Below, in pieces: positions 12,349-24,660 of a DNA stretch of 64,000 nucleotides. Position numbers and translations under genes: made by a program. The DNA comes from Vezdaea acicularis (lineage: Eukaryota), in NCBI GenBank assembly GCA_026025075.1, contig JAPEUI010000015.1, positions 124,001 to 188,000 of the forward strand, in the 5' to 3' direction. The notes beneath the pieces were generated by a model. The model had not been told where the DNA came from and did no database searches. It saw nothing but the letters and a program-made list of their open reading frames with translations. Numbering within the stretch: the first letter of the stretch is position 1; every line of letters begins with the position of its first letter.

Positions 12349-13320
12349 ATCGCTTCCTGACGCACGTTTAGAGGGGAGAAAGCGTTCGTAGAACATTGTG
12401 TCTAACCTAGGAAAAGCCTGCTATCTAGAAAGGAAATCCAAGCGCCTTATCGATGGAGCTGAGGGCTCGAGCTCGCCCCGTGAACTGCTTTGGTTTGGTG
12501 CGTGAGCAAGGCGGGACACAGCCCTTCTTTCGGCTTGTAATCGCTGATTCGCACGGCGGGAGAGGCGATGGAGGAGCTGACGTGGTCGTCTGGTTGACAA
12601 TTGAAGTAAAAGACACCTTTAATGTGGACCTGGACAAATCGCATTGTTCATATGCAAGATGCGCCTAAGCGCGTCGCCGTCAATTACCGCATCGTACGCG
12701 CATGGCAGTGACGTCGCCGTTTGAGGGTGTGATCCCCAAAGCTTGGTCTGGAATTTTAGCCGCGGTCCGGGCGTGCGGGCTTGCTGATGGGACGAAGGAT
12801 CATCTGGAAGGCTGAAGGCTGACCAGGGTCGCCAAGTACAGTGTACAAGGTTACGAACCAAGGATATCTCTTCTCGTCGACATATTTCGACAGTCTGAAG
12901 GTATGATGCGGTAGAATTGGCGTGCGAGTGGTGGCCCCCGCAGGAAAAGGCGCGTTCCTGCCCTACGCGACCGATTGGCGGGAAGCGCCAAGAAAGGGGG
13001 TCGACGGCCGCTGGCTGGACACAAAACAGTCGCCGTCGTCGTGCACCCGTCAACAACCCCTCAGCACCGTGTCTGGACTCGACATAAACCTCATTAGCCT
13101 GAGGAGTACAACTATCGCTCTTCTCTCTTGATTATACTCGTATCTAGTGAAGAACTTTTCTGGTCATATTTACTGCTCGGCGCAGAGCTCTCCGGCGAAA
13201 GGAGTAATACCCCTCGGCAAAAAGTTGGAGAAAGGCTGCTGTCAAGCCATTCAACCCGTGTTTCTCTACTGCAGGAACACACCCCTTCCCTTCGTGCTCG
13301 TGCGATAGTCCCTTACAGAA

Positions 13321-15060
13321 ATGTCCGAGAGCAATGGAGTCCGCAACTTACGGGCCATGTTCGAGAAGGGCAATTCGCCGCCCTCAGACGTTGCTCGGGG
13401 CCGGTCGCCAGCAGGAGAAAGTGTTACGAGCAACGGATCTTCAAGACCTGTCTCCAAAGTTCGGGCGAGCTTCGTTGCCGTTGAACGAAGTGGGCAGATG
13501 GGAACACAACTTGGGCTGAAGAAAGTGTCTAGCGGCGAGGAACAGCCCGTGAATGGCCGAGCCGTGCTGAGCCCGACGGAGAGTGGACATTTCGAAAACC
13601 TGAAGAGGCTTCCTAGTCAAAGGGAAGAAAATCCAGAGCTGAGCTTGAAGGCGGGATCTACTCTTAATACGGCAGATACCGCACAGAACGAACAGGTTGG
13701 GAAGAAGACTGAGCCTAATGGCCATACTCAGCAACAGGACCCCCTAAACCCAACGGCGGATGTACCGTCATCAGCTCAGAGCTCGCCATCTAAGCTTGGC
13801 AAGAAAGAGAACCAGAAGCCCCAAAGTCCATTTCCTTCTTCCCCTTCCAAGACAACCGCTGGAAAGTTGGAGGAAGCAGCAACGAGAGAACCAAAGCAGG
13901 AAGCCGCCGCCGTAGCGGACCCTACATCTCCGGCGAAGGCTTTGAGAGTATCCAAGCCTTCACAGCCTAAAGTTAATCAGGGCTCAACGCCATCAAACAA
14001 GGCCCCACCGTCAACTACTGCATCGAAGAACGTAGAAAAGGTGTCTGCTGCCAAGCCACACACGTCAAACCCCGCTTCAAAGAAAGTAGACAAGACATTA
14101 CCTACATCCAAGCCTGCTCCTATATCGACAAAGAATAATCCGCAGGATTCTAGAAAGACTGACTCTATAAACCCACCCGTGAGTGTTCCCAAAACACCAT
14201 CTACTGAGGAACACGCCCGACCGCCCAAAACCATGACGCCAAAAAGAACTCCTGGGCGAACCAACGAGACCCGAGAAGCCGCCAAGACATCATCGAGAAA
14301 GCCTAGTACGGCTTCCCTGAAATCTGCAGCTGCCGCACCAAAGCCTCGCGCTCCTCCATCCACTACTTCCCACGCATCCGCAGCAAAGACATCTCCGACA
14401 ATGAAGCCGCGTCCGAAATCTCCAACACGCCCAGTCCGCCTACCTGCTTCTGCTACTGCTCCAACAGCTGCTTCTGCGGCGAAGACGGCCAAATCCGAGG
14501 GGACCTCACGCTCACCCAGTCGAGCCACGGCAGCCCCCCACCAGACCACCAAAGCGAATCGCCCGCGAGCTGCGGCGCTGAGAAAGTCATCCTCGAGATT
14601 TTCTCTTCCCAACCAGAATCCTCCTAAAACGTCCACAGAGCGCCCCAAGTCTCGAGTTAGCAGCGGTGCAGTGACAAAGCCTCCCGATGATGGCTTCCTC
14701 GCGCGAATGATGCGGCCTACTGCTAGCTCGAATAGCAAAGTACATGAGAAGCATGAAGCCAAAGCAGTGCCGCCTCCCAGGAGAAATGTCGTGGAGAAGA
14801 GAGACAGGAGGAGTGCAGGAAGCGAAAGTGTGAAAAGTCATGCAACGCAGAGCGAAAAGGTCGAAGAGGCGCCAGAAGTTCCACAGATCCCAAAGGAGAC
14901 TGAAAGGAAGAGACTCTCAACAGAAGCGACTGCTGTGGATGAAGAGCCTGTCGTAGAGCGTGCGTATCCGAAACAGACGGAGGTCGATCTACCAGCGGAG
15001 ATTAGTGATCTCGAAATGGAGAAAAAGGCCGAGCCTCTCCTGCCACAGTTCAGAGCTTAG
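13321..15060 (+). CDS. Hypothetical Ser/Thr/Pro/Lys-rich disordered protein
   Basis: 579-aa intronless ORF; motif-like islands GVRNLRAMFE, SKVRASFVAVE, FLARMMRPTASS. Confidence 0.8.
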   Translation: MSESNGVRNLRAMFEKGNSPPSDVARGRSPAGESVTSNGSSRPVSKVRASFVAVERSGQMGTQLGLKKVSSGEEQPVNGRAVLSPTESGHFENLKRLPSQREENPELSLKAGSTLNTADTAQNEQVGKKTEPNGHTQQQDPLNPTADVPSSAQSSPSKLGKKENQKPQSPFPSSPSKTTAGKLEEAATREPKQEAAAVADPTSPAKALRVSKPSQPKVNQGSTPSNKAPPSTTASKNVEKVSAAKPHTSNPASKKVDKTLPTSKPAPISTKNNPQDSRKTDSINPPVSVPKTPSTEEHARPPKTMTPKRTPGRTNETREAAKTSSRKPSTASLKSAAAAPKPRAPPSTTSHASAAKTSPTMKPRPKSPTRPVRLPASATAPTAASAAKTAKSEGTSRSPSRATAAPHQTTKANRPRAAALRKSSSRFSLPNQNPPKTSTERPKSRVSSGAVTKPPDDGFLARMMRPTASSNSKVHEKHEAKAVPPPRRNVVEKRDRRSAGSESVKSHATQSEKVEEAPEVPQIPKETERKRLSTEATAVDEEPVVERAYPKQTEVDLPAEISDLEMEKKAEPLLPQFRA

Positions 15061-15465
15061 GCCTCTCCTCCCGCAAACACCCTGGTATTCTTACACTACA
15101 AGGCACATCATATCTACTCTGGTCTTTGTCAGAGTAAGAGAAGTTACGAGTATTATCTCTATATCAGTTCGGCCGCCTGTAATTCTTCCTTGCGTTGAAG
15201 CATATCATCGAGATTAGAACCACGGAGATGCCGGCGCTCAATCCTATCTTCAGCGCTTTATTTGATCTAAGATAGAAACTTGAGCATATAGATATTCATC
15301 CTAGGGGCGTCGTTATTAGATACAAGTCAAACGACGAACATCTAGCATGCTTTACCCAAACACAAAGACACAAAACCATGTAGAAGTGACATTGAGACAT
15401 CGCCTTCCAACCGCTATGCATTTTATGATACACATATATAGTACAGCATGGACACGCACACCCAG

Positions 15466-15951
15466 CTATAAAACCCTACACAACACCATCCCCCCAATCC
15501 TCCTCTCCACACACTCCCTGACCTCCATCACGCCCTTATCCGTACTCACAAACAGCGCCTCGCCCACATTCCTCAGCCCCCTCACATACTTCGCCTCCTC
15601 GCCTTTAACCAGCCTCTCCAAGCCCTCTACCTCCATCCACACGCGCTTCGTCGGTTTACTAACCATACTCATCCGACTCAAGACGGGCTCGTTATTCCAG
15701 TACTTCAGCCCGAGCCACAGACGGCGCGAGGCGATGTTTTCTTGGGTTAGGGGCTCGGGCGAGGTGGGGGGGTCGAGCAGGGAGGGCGGTGTGGCGCCGG
15801 ATCGGATTACGTGCGAGATGAACCCGTTTTTTTGCAGTTGGAGGCACAGGGACAGGTGCAGGTTGGAGAGCGGGATGGAGGTTAGGCTCAGGCGTGCGCG
15901 AGAGGCGTTTTGCAGGTGGGAGCAGACGTGGGAGAGGTTGACGAGGGACAT
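15466..15951 (-). CDS. MRPS8: Mitochondrial ribosomal protein uS8m
   Basis: MSLVNLSHVCSHLQNASRARL...LWLGLKYWNNEPVL...SKPTKRVW...STDKGVME.RECVERRIGGMVLCRV. Confidence 0.93.
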   Translation of the reverse strand: MSLVNLSHVCSHLQNASRARLSLTSIPLSNLHLSLCLQLQKNGFISHVIRSGATPPSLLDPPTSPEPLTQENIASRRLWLGLKYWNNEPVLSRMSMVSKPTKRVWMEVEGLERLVKGEEAKYVRGLRNVGEALFVSTDKGVMEVRECVERRIGGMVLCRVL

Positions 15952-16395
15952 GTTGGGTATGGGCGCCCGGGGTGGTGGAGGGGGCGTTGGGTGGGCCCCG
16001 GTGGGAGGGGGTGTGGGTTTAGTTGTTCGGGGAGCTGGGATGCTGGGTGCGTTAGCTTTGGCTTTGCCAGGTTTGGGGTTGGTAGGTTACATACTGTGAA
16101 AGATGCCCAGACTTTGAGTTCGGACGGGTGGTCTTTTTTGTACAATTCGTTTGTGATGGTGGTAATGGCGGATGTCGAGTCGCGAAGCTTTCGATGTCGA
16201 ATTGTCGACGCCGGGATTTTTCTCTAGCGAATCTGATTGGCCGCTGCAAGCGCCATGCGCTGGGCGGACCCCCGAGTTCAGCTGCGCTTAGTCTCATTTG
16301 AGCCTCTTCAACAGTCTCCTTTCGTGACCATTACTGTACTTCTTGATACCTCGGGCGAATCCATTGTGTTCTCACCGTGCCCCTGGTCGTACACC

Positions 16396-18068
16396 ATGCC
16401 TCCGCAGCCTGGCGAAGAGCTGCTGCTGACCCTGTTCGTACTCGCTGCCCCGCCCTCGTCCTATAGGCGCACATACTAACCTCAGAGAGCAGGTTCGCGG
16501 ACATACACTATTTCTACAGCTCCCCGAAGCAGCGGCCGCCGCACCACCGGTTCGACAAGGGCTCATATGTCTACCTCTATCACAATCCGCACCAGGATAT
16601 CGTTAAGCTCGAAGTAGCTAACAACGCTGGCACGCCAGATCAAGATGCTTTCTATGGCCGTGAGTAGCCTTGCGATACTTTTTTCATGTACATGACTTTG
16701 ACAGAGGACTGGCATGCAGACTTGGATGGCACGTTTATAGAATACTCCTACAAGCACGACACGCTCTTCACGCTGAGCGTGGAGGGCCGCCCATTGAGCT
16801 TCGAGCGCGGCCAATCACCAAACTCGTACGAAAGGTCGCAGTGGCTCCTCCCAGGGCCCGACGAGCACAATCAGGGCAGATATATGCAGAAACTCAATAC
16901 TCTTGACATATACTTCTGGACCAAGGAAGACGCAACACAGTTCCTGGAGGCCCTCAAGAAGCTCTTGCCGGAGCACCAAATGCGGATCTTGAACGCGCCG
17001 GTACCACCACCTCTCCACAACGATCACATGAGTTCGGTGGTGCAGAAGCTTGAGAATGCTGCGATTTCCAATCCCACATATGGTCGTCAACATCCCCGAA
17101 GTGGAAGCGTCAGTGCAACCTCGTCTCACCATTCTCCGAACTTGTCAAAGGTGCTCGAGACAAGAGGGTTTGAGAGTAACAAGACGCCCGAGGAGCCGCC
17201 GAGCTTTGCGCCTATGGCATATAATCCCGCTGCCCCACCTGCACCTGAGCCTATCAAGCACCGTGAGAAGACTCCACCGCCACCAGAACTCGAGGGGGGT
17301 ACTGGATTGATGGCCGCCGCGACACACGATAACGTCCCTCAATTCTCCGCGCCCCCTTTGCAGCACAGCAGTACATTCGCCGGCCCGCCGTCGAACGCAT
17401 ACAACCAACCAGGCTACGGTGGTGGCCTGCGCCAGCAGCAGGCATTTACAGGCCCACCCCTACACTCGCAGTCATACACCGGCCCCCCTCAGCCAAGCGG
17501 AGGCCACCAATCTCCAGTGCCGGCCCCTGGACACATGCAACGATCCGCAACAACATCCTTCGATGCGCCACCAGTAAACAGCAGCCCGCAGCCCCCACGC
17601 GCTCCCCAGTACGGCCAGCCCTACGGCTACACCTCCCCTCCCCCAAACCAGTCTTTCGGACCCCCACCCACCGCCGCACAACCTGCGCCCGAGCGCACAT
17701 CCACCATGTCCCAGTTATCGCAGCACTCGCAACACTCGCAGCACTCACCAAACCAATACGGAACGCAGTACTCCACGCCGCCGCCGCCACAACAGGGCTA
17801 CACCGCGCCCCCACCGCAGGTCAAACATCCGGGATACTCCAACTACTCGTACGAGCAGAACCAGGCGCTCCCGGCCGACCAGCAGTACGCGATGCACCAG
17901 CAAGTGTACCGGCCGACGGAGGCGGAGCTCCTGGCGCATGGAAAGGCGCATAAGAGCAAGCCGCCGCCGGACCTGAGTTCGCCGACGGGACGGCTGGAGG
18001 CGGTCTCCGGCAGGACGGAGAAGAAGATCGGTGGCTTGTTTAAGAAGCTGGAGAAGAAGATTGGGTGA
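16396..18068 (+). CDS. Fungal hypothetical protein with folded N-terminus and P/Q/Y-rich tail, 3 exons
   Basis: Spliced MPPQPGEELLLTL|FADIHYFY...HHRFDKGSYVYLY...ANNAGTPDQDAFYG|HLDG...; AYNPAAPPAPEPIKHREKTPPPP; HQQVYRPTEAE; KKLEKKIG end. Confidence 0.8.
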
Positions 18069-18215
18069 TGGATTGCCTGTTGTTCTGGATTCCTCGGTAG
18101 CGCTTTGTTTTTTTGGATCTAAGCGTGAGCTCTTAAGCGGGATTCTTTTTACTGTGTATGCGAGTGATTACGATAGTTACGGGACTTTTAATCCAGGGTG
18201 TAAAGGTGCTGTAGA

Positions 18216-19664
18216 TCAGTTATGCTTCTTGAGCCGCTGGGCTCCTCTATAATCTGCTTTCAATCGCGATTGGTAGCTGATATCTGTGACGAAGATCCCC
18301 AGCAGCCAGATGTTGACGAGGAAGAAGAGAATGCTGGATAGCCACAACCCCGGCACGAATGTGCTGCGTCCGAGAAACTCGAGGTTGTAGCCCTGTTGGA
18401 GCCATAATGCCTATTTCCCGTGAGCAGAAGAGCAGAGCGCGCGAGCAGATCCGGTGTTTACCTGTCCGCCTACCCAAAGTGCTATCGCCGTGATTCCCAG
18501 AGCGGGGCGTCGTAGGAAAGAAGAATCGCTCAGGTAGAATGGGAGGAAGACCATATACCACAGAAAGTACTGCGGGCTTTCTTAACGAAGGACTCGCCAC
18601 GATAGGACTCGGGAAGACATACCTGGCTTGTGCACACTTTATTAAACGTCACGAACGCGAAGGTCTGGGCGAGCATGGTTGATGGGAGGTCCTTCTTTGC
18701 TAGGGACAGGGGTATGGCTACGGCGGAGAGGAGTAATTGAGGGAGGAACGCTAGGGACTCGAGCTTTAGGGATGAAGATCCAGAGGGAGACGAATTCAGG
18801 TAGAGAAGTGTGTTGTAAGGGGAGAAGTTATGGCGGTGGTCTAGTCTTGTGGCGTGGTGAAGAAAGTTGTTTTGGACGAAGGGCCAGCCGTATCTGGGAT
18901 AAGTTAGCTGGTGGGTTTCCTTGAAGGTAGAGAAAGATCGGACGCTTCGCGTACATGTTATACATGTTGTAGTTCAGGATCATGAAAGTAGCTAGACTGG
19001 CCAATAGCAACGCTACCCTGTTCGCATTGAAGAAGTTCGAGGCCGTTTGGAACACAGAAGGGATTCCGTCTCCGCTTACGGCTTTTCCCTTCCCCTTTTT
19101 GTCTTCAAGTGACCACAGAATGGAAACCCCGTAGATGAACGGGTATATTTTGAAGTGCACCGCCAGGCCCAACAGCACCCCTGCTAATACAACTCTCCTC
19201 TTTGTCACCGCCCACAGAAGTGCGACGACCATCACCCCTAACAGACCCTCCGAGCTGCCCCTTGTGCTGATCGTAGCCACCATGGGGTTCAGCAACCATA
19301 TATTCGCAAACATCACCGCTCGCTCCCTAGCCATCCCTTCTTCAGACCTCAGGATCTGGTATATAAGAAACCCAGCCAGTACATCAGCCGCGGCAAACAG
19401 GATCTTGCCAAAGGAAAACCAGCCAGGCCATGCGGTGGGGATGAGGAGCCATGCAAGCAGGGGCGTGTATCGATATGTCTCGCGCTCGTATGGAGAACGA
19501 CCCCAAGCTGTGAATCGAGCGGCGTCTGTAAAGACAAAGTAGTCGATATCCGTGTACTTGACAGGAGAGGTCGAGTCCTGGTAGAGCCCGTAGGAGAAGA
19601 GAGCTGCGCGGAGAGCAATAGCAGCGGAGAAAGCAAAGGCAGGAGAGGTGAGTATTTTAGACAT
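18216..19664 (-). CDS. GPI14: GPI mannosyltransferase I (PIG-M), 4 exons
   Basis: VKYTDIDY, SPYERETYRYTP, NPMVATISTRGSSE, HFKIYP, RLDHRHNFSPY, FVTFNKVCTSQ|YFLWY, QQGYNLEFLG. Confidence 0.95.
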
Positions 19665-20214
19665 GCTGGAAAGGAGTCAAGGTGGCGGCGATGTAGTTCT
19701 CATACTACTTTACAGCTTCAGTGGGAGGTTGTTCAATGAGGTTATCGAGGGATTTGGCGCGGAGGACAAGAGCATCACAAATGTTTCCGTACCTGAGGTT
19801 CTCGTCAAGCCGAGGACGCAGGGTTTAAGTACGCTAGAGCTAGCTGCCGCCGCTAAGGACGGCCCCCCGCGATTCCCCCGAGAGCTCTCCACAACTCCAG
19901 AGTATTTTGTTCAACACGACTAATGTAGCACGATAGCGGCTAATCTTTTCAGAGGATGAGGGCGCTATTGACAGTGCTAATAGTACCGTCGTCATCATAG
20001 AATTAGGGCTCTGACCAGACTTTCGTGTCACAGAGTAAAGCCATCTTGACGTGAGCATTACAGGTCTTGTTCTATCAATACGCTTCTCAGTTCCTCGCAT
20101 TGACCGCCACCGACCCATTCTACACTCTCCGCAAGGTCGATTGAGGACCTTCCTTTGGAGCGCAAGTACTTCAACATGATGGGTTTAGTACTACTAGGAT
20201 TTCCTGCACGAGCA

Positions 20215-21313
20215 ATGATTGGTCGCAAGCTCATATCACATTCTTTCTTGCGCTCAGCCAAAGGAAGCTCAAGAAATATGTCTTTGAATCGTTACGTTGT
20301 GACTCCGGAAGAGGTACTGCAAGCCTTGGCAAAGAAACCACCGACAGCGTTCACTTCATCTCCTCGAACGATCCCGCTCTGTGCGGCATGGTTCATGCCG
20401 AATGACCCCGAAGGGCGGACTGGTCTCTCGGTTTTTAAGCAGAAGCACATGCCCTCAGCCCGTTTCTTTGATCTGGACGCAGTGAAAGACAATGGCTCGC
20501 CCTACCCACATATGTTACCGTCACCTGAAGACTTCGCAAAGGCTATGAGCGACCTGGGAATACGGCAAGATGATGAGGTGGTGGTGTACGACACAGCAGA
20601 GCTAGGAATATTTTCCGCACCACGAGTAGGCTGGATGCTCAAGGCCTTCTCGCACCAAAAAGTCCATTTACTTAATAACTTCAAGCTGTGGGTTGAAGAG
20701 GGATACCCGACAGAGTCTGGAGATCAGGAGCGATTCGACCCTGTCGATTATCCGGTGCCGCAGGTTGAGAAAAGCCTGGTTGCAGACTTCGAGGAGGTCA
20801 AGCTGAAAGTGTTGGACCTAAAGCAAGGCAGAAAAGATATCCAGATACTAGACGCTCGATCCGCTGGTCGCTGGTCCGGAGCTGACCCCGAGCCTCGTCC
20901 TGGTAAGCTTTAGACCTCCCCACTCTTCCGACTACGGAGATTTAACGTGGTAAAGGACTGAGTTCTGGCCATATGCCCGGATCGATTAGTGTTCCTTTCA
21001 ACGAACTGCTAGATCCCGTCTCAAAAACCCTTCTATCTGGAAACAAGCTTCGAGAGCTCTTCCAGAGTAAAGGTGTTGCACCAGACAGGCCAGTCATTAG
21101 CAGCTGTGGCACTGGTGTTACAGCTGTCGTGATTGACGCTGCGCTGAGCGAAGCAGGTTATGTGCAGCCTAATCATAAGAAGATATACGATGGTAGTTGG
21201 ACGTGGGTCTCCCTACCCATACACCCGGTTTGAATATTACTGATTTGACCAACAGGGAATGGGCTCAGCGAACAAATGTAGAAGATGGCCTGATAGTAAA
21301 GGCTGAGCGTTAG
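20215..21313 (+). CDS. TUM1: 3-mercaptopyruvate/thiosulfate sulfurtransferase (tandem rhodanese), 3 exons; start may be 20176, 20215 or 20278
   Basis: HMPSARFFD, PYPHMLPS, LDARSAGRWSGADPEPR, SGHMPGS, active site SCGTGVTA, YDGSWTEW. Confidence 0.93.
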
Positions 21314-21965
21314 GCAGCCGCTGATACCCCTGTTACTCTCACCACCGTGTAGACTTACACTCGGTCGTGCAACTATTGGCTGGCCTTGTCTAAAATTGTA
21401 ATAAGACTCTTCAAACTCTCAAAAAGATTGAATGATACGACTAGTGACAAGCGTCTTGGGATCCCATTTTCGAACTTCCTGAGGCCAATACATCAAGGGC
21501 ATTACGTGAATGTTCTGAACGGTGATGGTGTCTTCCTCATCCCTTGAGTAGTCTAGTGCCAGTCTTCATGAACTCCTACCTTGCCCACATGATGGTGGCA
21601 ATAGCGACACAAGTTTAGATCTGTACTCATGGTTTAGGGTTGGCCATGGTCAAAGCAAAAGTGCAGCCCCACGTAACCGTGAAACAGGGCGGCAGTGCAA
21701 ACGCAAGGCAAACTCAAACGAATTTAGCAGCCTCGCTCCATAAAGCCACTCTCCTGCGCTTGTGTTCAGTCAAATAGGAAATTGGCCCCGCCTGCATCAT
21801 TTTGTTGCAACTCAACCAAAATCAAAGATGATCAACACAAAATGACTCAGGCACTGTGGGCTTTTCAATCCTTCACCCATAAACCTCTCACCTCCTGGTA
21901 ACGCTCGCTCCATTCACTCACAGAGTCTTTACCTGTCCGGTCCTTCCCAGCCACCTATTTAAATT

Positions 21966-22724
21966 ATGATGGCATCGGTCATGGCAACTCAGTCCTACGA
22001 CTCTTCGAAGAACAATCTCAAGATGTCTTTCGGCGATGAGGCTCTCAACCAAGAGCAGACTGCAAGCAAGGTCGTAGAAAAATATGTAGCAGATGGTGAT
22101 GATGGCGAAGACGAGGAAGAAGAAGTTATTGTCTTCAAACCCCGCAATAAGCGGGCTTCTCAGCAGAACGTCTCCGCACCTTCGAGCAACCGTAACTCAT
22201 GGGCAAATGGGCAGTCAAAGGAAACACCAAAAGAACAACAGAAGCCTCAAGTCACATTGACTGAGCCACCTTCTTCACCGGAGTCAGCGCACACGGCCTC
22301 AAACGATGACGCACGAAGCAATGTTTCCGCCAGTCAACGTACGAACTCAAGCAGTCTGTCTGACACTCCTCAGCCAACTAAACATCTTCCAAAGGAGAAG
22401 CAAGGCTCTTGGAGGAACTCCAGCTCAGGACCTAACGGCAACGCTGGCAGTAAGAATGGCAGCCGTCGTAATAGTCGTCCAATCACTCGTCCGGGCAGTC
22501 GACCGAACAGCCGTCCATCCTCAAACGCTCCAGTCCAAAACTTTCCCTCTGGCAAGCCACCTGTCGGGCCCCGAAACAAGAGCCCTATCCCAACTGGCTT
22601 AATGGATCCTGATGCGTTTGGCCGCGCTGCTCGAGCTCGTGGTTTCCCGGATGTTGATTACGTTCTTAAGTCCGGTGCTCCAAGATCTGCCGCCCGTGGA
22701 CGTGGCAAGCTCTGGGTTCCCTGA
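21966..22724 (+). CDS. Hypothetical low-complexity protein
   Basis: 252-aa intronless ORF; acidic EEEEVIVFKPR; C-terminus DVDYVLKSGAPRSAARGRGKLWVP. Confidence 0.7.
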   Translation: MMASVMATQSYDSSKNNLKMSFGDEALNQEQTASKVVEKYVADGDDGEDEEEEVIVFKPRNKRASQQNVSAPSSNRNSWANGQSKETPKEQQKPQVTLTEPPSSPESAHTASNDDARSNVSASQRTNSSSLSDTPQPTKHLPKEKQGSWRNSSSGPNGNAGSKNGSRRNSRPITRPGSRPNSRPSSNAPVQNFPSGKPPVGPRNKSPIPTGLMDPDAFGRAARARGFPDVDYVLKSGAPRSAARGRGKLWVP

Positions 22725-23452
22725 TTACCTCGAGGTATAGAGCAAAGCACTCTCGTTTACTACAAGCTGCCCCAACGCTGCACATACAGCTGACGCTGGT
22801 GTGACAACCCCTGTCACGCTTTCTGCTACTGTGGCTCAGAAAATAACAGGAATCTGAAACTGGTCACTCGCATCTCTGGTCTTGTGGATGGGCTGGTGAC
22901 TTTCGGCACGCACATTCTTTAGTCGGAGACTGATCCCGGAGAGTCAAAAGACTCGGAGCGATAACTCATAGCGAAGGACATTGTTCGAGTAGGATACACG
23001 ACGACATGACGTTTCCGGCAAAACGACCAAACGATCTAGGGAGGGAAAGGAGGATAACAGCTCGCTATTGCCCTAAGCTCGAGACACTCGCTTCATGAGT
23101 CTTGCACCGTCGTCGTGCAATAACAGATTGGTATCTTTTCCTTCATGATTTCATTTCCTTTATCTGGGAGAGGATGGCTAGACAGACTAGGCTTGCTCCT
23201 CATGGTGAACCAGATGTGCTACCTTGGAATTCCCACTAGAACAAGCACTCACGCTAAAGTCACTCGCTCAGATCTAGCTGTTCTGCAAAAGCACTGTTTT
23301 CTGCGACTTGCCCTTGTTCTCTGCGAATGATTGTGAATGCTCGAAGCTCTAGTCACTGCACTTTGCATATGCCATGAACGACTTGCGAACCAACCTAAAC
23401 ATTAGATCCCACATGATGCTCCTACAAACGCTAAATTCTCTACCCGACGCCC

Positions 23453-24370
23453 TTAATAAATCTCCACCCCCTGTCCCAACCCCTGCCCCACCCCCACCTC
23501 TTCCCTCGAATCAGGCACCCACCCCTTTGGCCTTTCCCTTCCCCTAACAATCATCTCATACACCGCCATCTCCACCTTCTCCACGCACGTCTTCATAACC
23601 CCCATCTTCTTCTCCACATCCCTTCCCAACCCGCCACTATCCCCCGCCGTATCCACCCCTTCAAAACACGCCCTTAAGTCCCTTATATCCGCCAGCATAT
23701 CCCTCGCGCCCACACTTTCCTTGCTCGGTAACCCAGTCGGGAGTCTCCCCGTCCTAGCCAACATCGTGATGGCATACCGCATGAGCTCCCCCACCGTATC
23801 GAACAGTCCAAGCAGAAAGTCGCTCTCTGTCAACAGCACGCCTTCCGGGAGGCGCAATGTGGCTGCGGTGGGGTATGGTAGCGTTTGCGTTGATAGGTAA
23901 TGCGAGAATGTGGCGGCTTCGATGTATTCTTGTATGCCGCCGCTGAGTTGACGTTGGTATCGCCAGGCGTTCAGTCCGGCTACGTCCGGGGTGATGGAGT
24001 GGAAGAGGGCGGATATCGCATGGAGGCGCTCGGTGGTTTCTTGGAGGATCTTGGGGGGGAAGGGGGTGCAGATTGTGGGGACGCTAGGGCAGGTCAGCAT
24101 TTGGGTCGCAGACGCGGGAGAGATAGAGAGAGAGGAATGGCTACCGTTGTAGTGTGAAGATTCTGGGAATGGGTTAGATCATTTGGGTACTATTGAAGGG
24201 GGCTTTTCGAAGTACATCTTCTTGCTCTGTGCGGTTATGTCTTTCGACGCTTTGCCAATCCTGTCGCGGCGGTCGTGGTGCTGGTCTAATTCGTCGCGGA
24301 AAGTCTCGAACATAGGCATGTATGGCGAGGAAATCTCCTCTTCTTTGTAGGGGCGCTTTATGCCCGCCAT
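23453..24370 (-). CDS. TSNAX: Translin-associated factor X (TRAX, C3PO subunit), 3 exons including an 18-nt microexon
   Basis: FETFRDELDQHHDRRDRI.KASKDITAQSKKI|IFTLQR|...GIQEYIEA...DFLLGLFDTVGELMRYA...CVEKVEMAVY...VRGRE. Confidence 0.9.
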
Positions 24371-24660
24371 GGTGCTTGAAGATAACTTGACACACCAAGA
24401 AAGCCCCCGTATCATGAAACTTAGCTGGAGGTTTGATTTTCGGGTGATTTTCTGGGGAGGCGCTACTGCAGCTTAGTGGGGGATGGTGGGGTTCCCTTAG
24501 CTCCAGGCACGGAAAGGGAGCCCCACTGTTGATCAACACCCGAGTTGAGGTGTCGTGAAGAGAGTGTTCGTACATTCACAAGCTTGCCGTAAGGAATAGT
24601 ACCTCCTCTAAATGCAATAAAGAGTCGGAAGGGTTGAAAGGGACGCAAACCGAGAACATC

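Noticed and set aside
13977..14762. 261-aa antisense ORF, and similar ones opposite the genes at 9.5-10.8, 15.4-16.1 and 17-18 kb
   Set aside because: Shadow ORFs expected from biased codon usage on the coding strand.
20903..20913. Intron retention in TUM1 would end the protein in -GKL (PTS1-like)
   Set aside because: The product would lack the catalytic CGTGVT loop, and GKL is a poor PTS1; likely coincidence with the GTAAGC donor.
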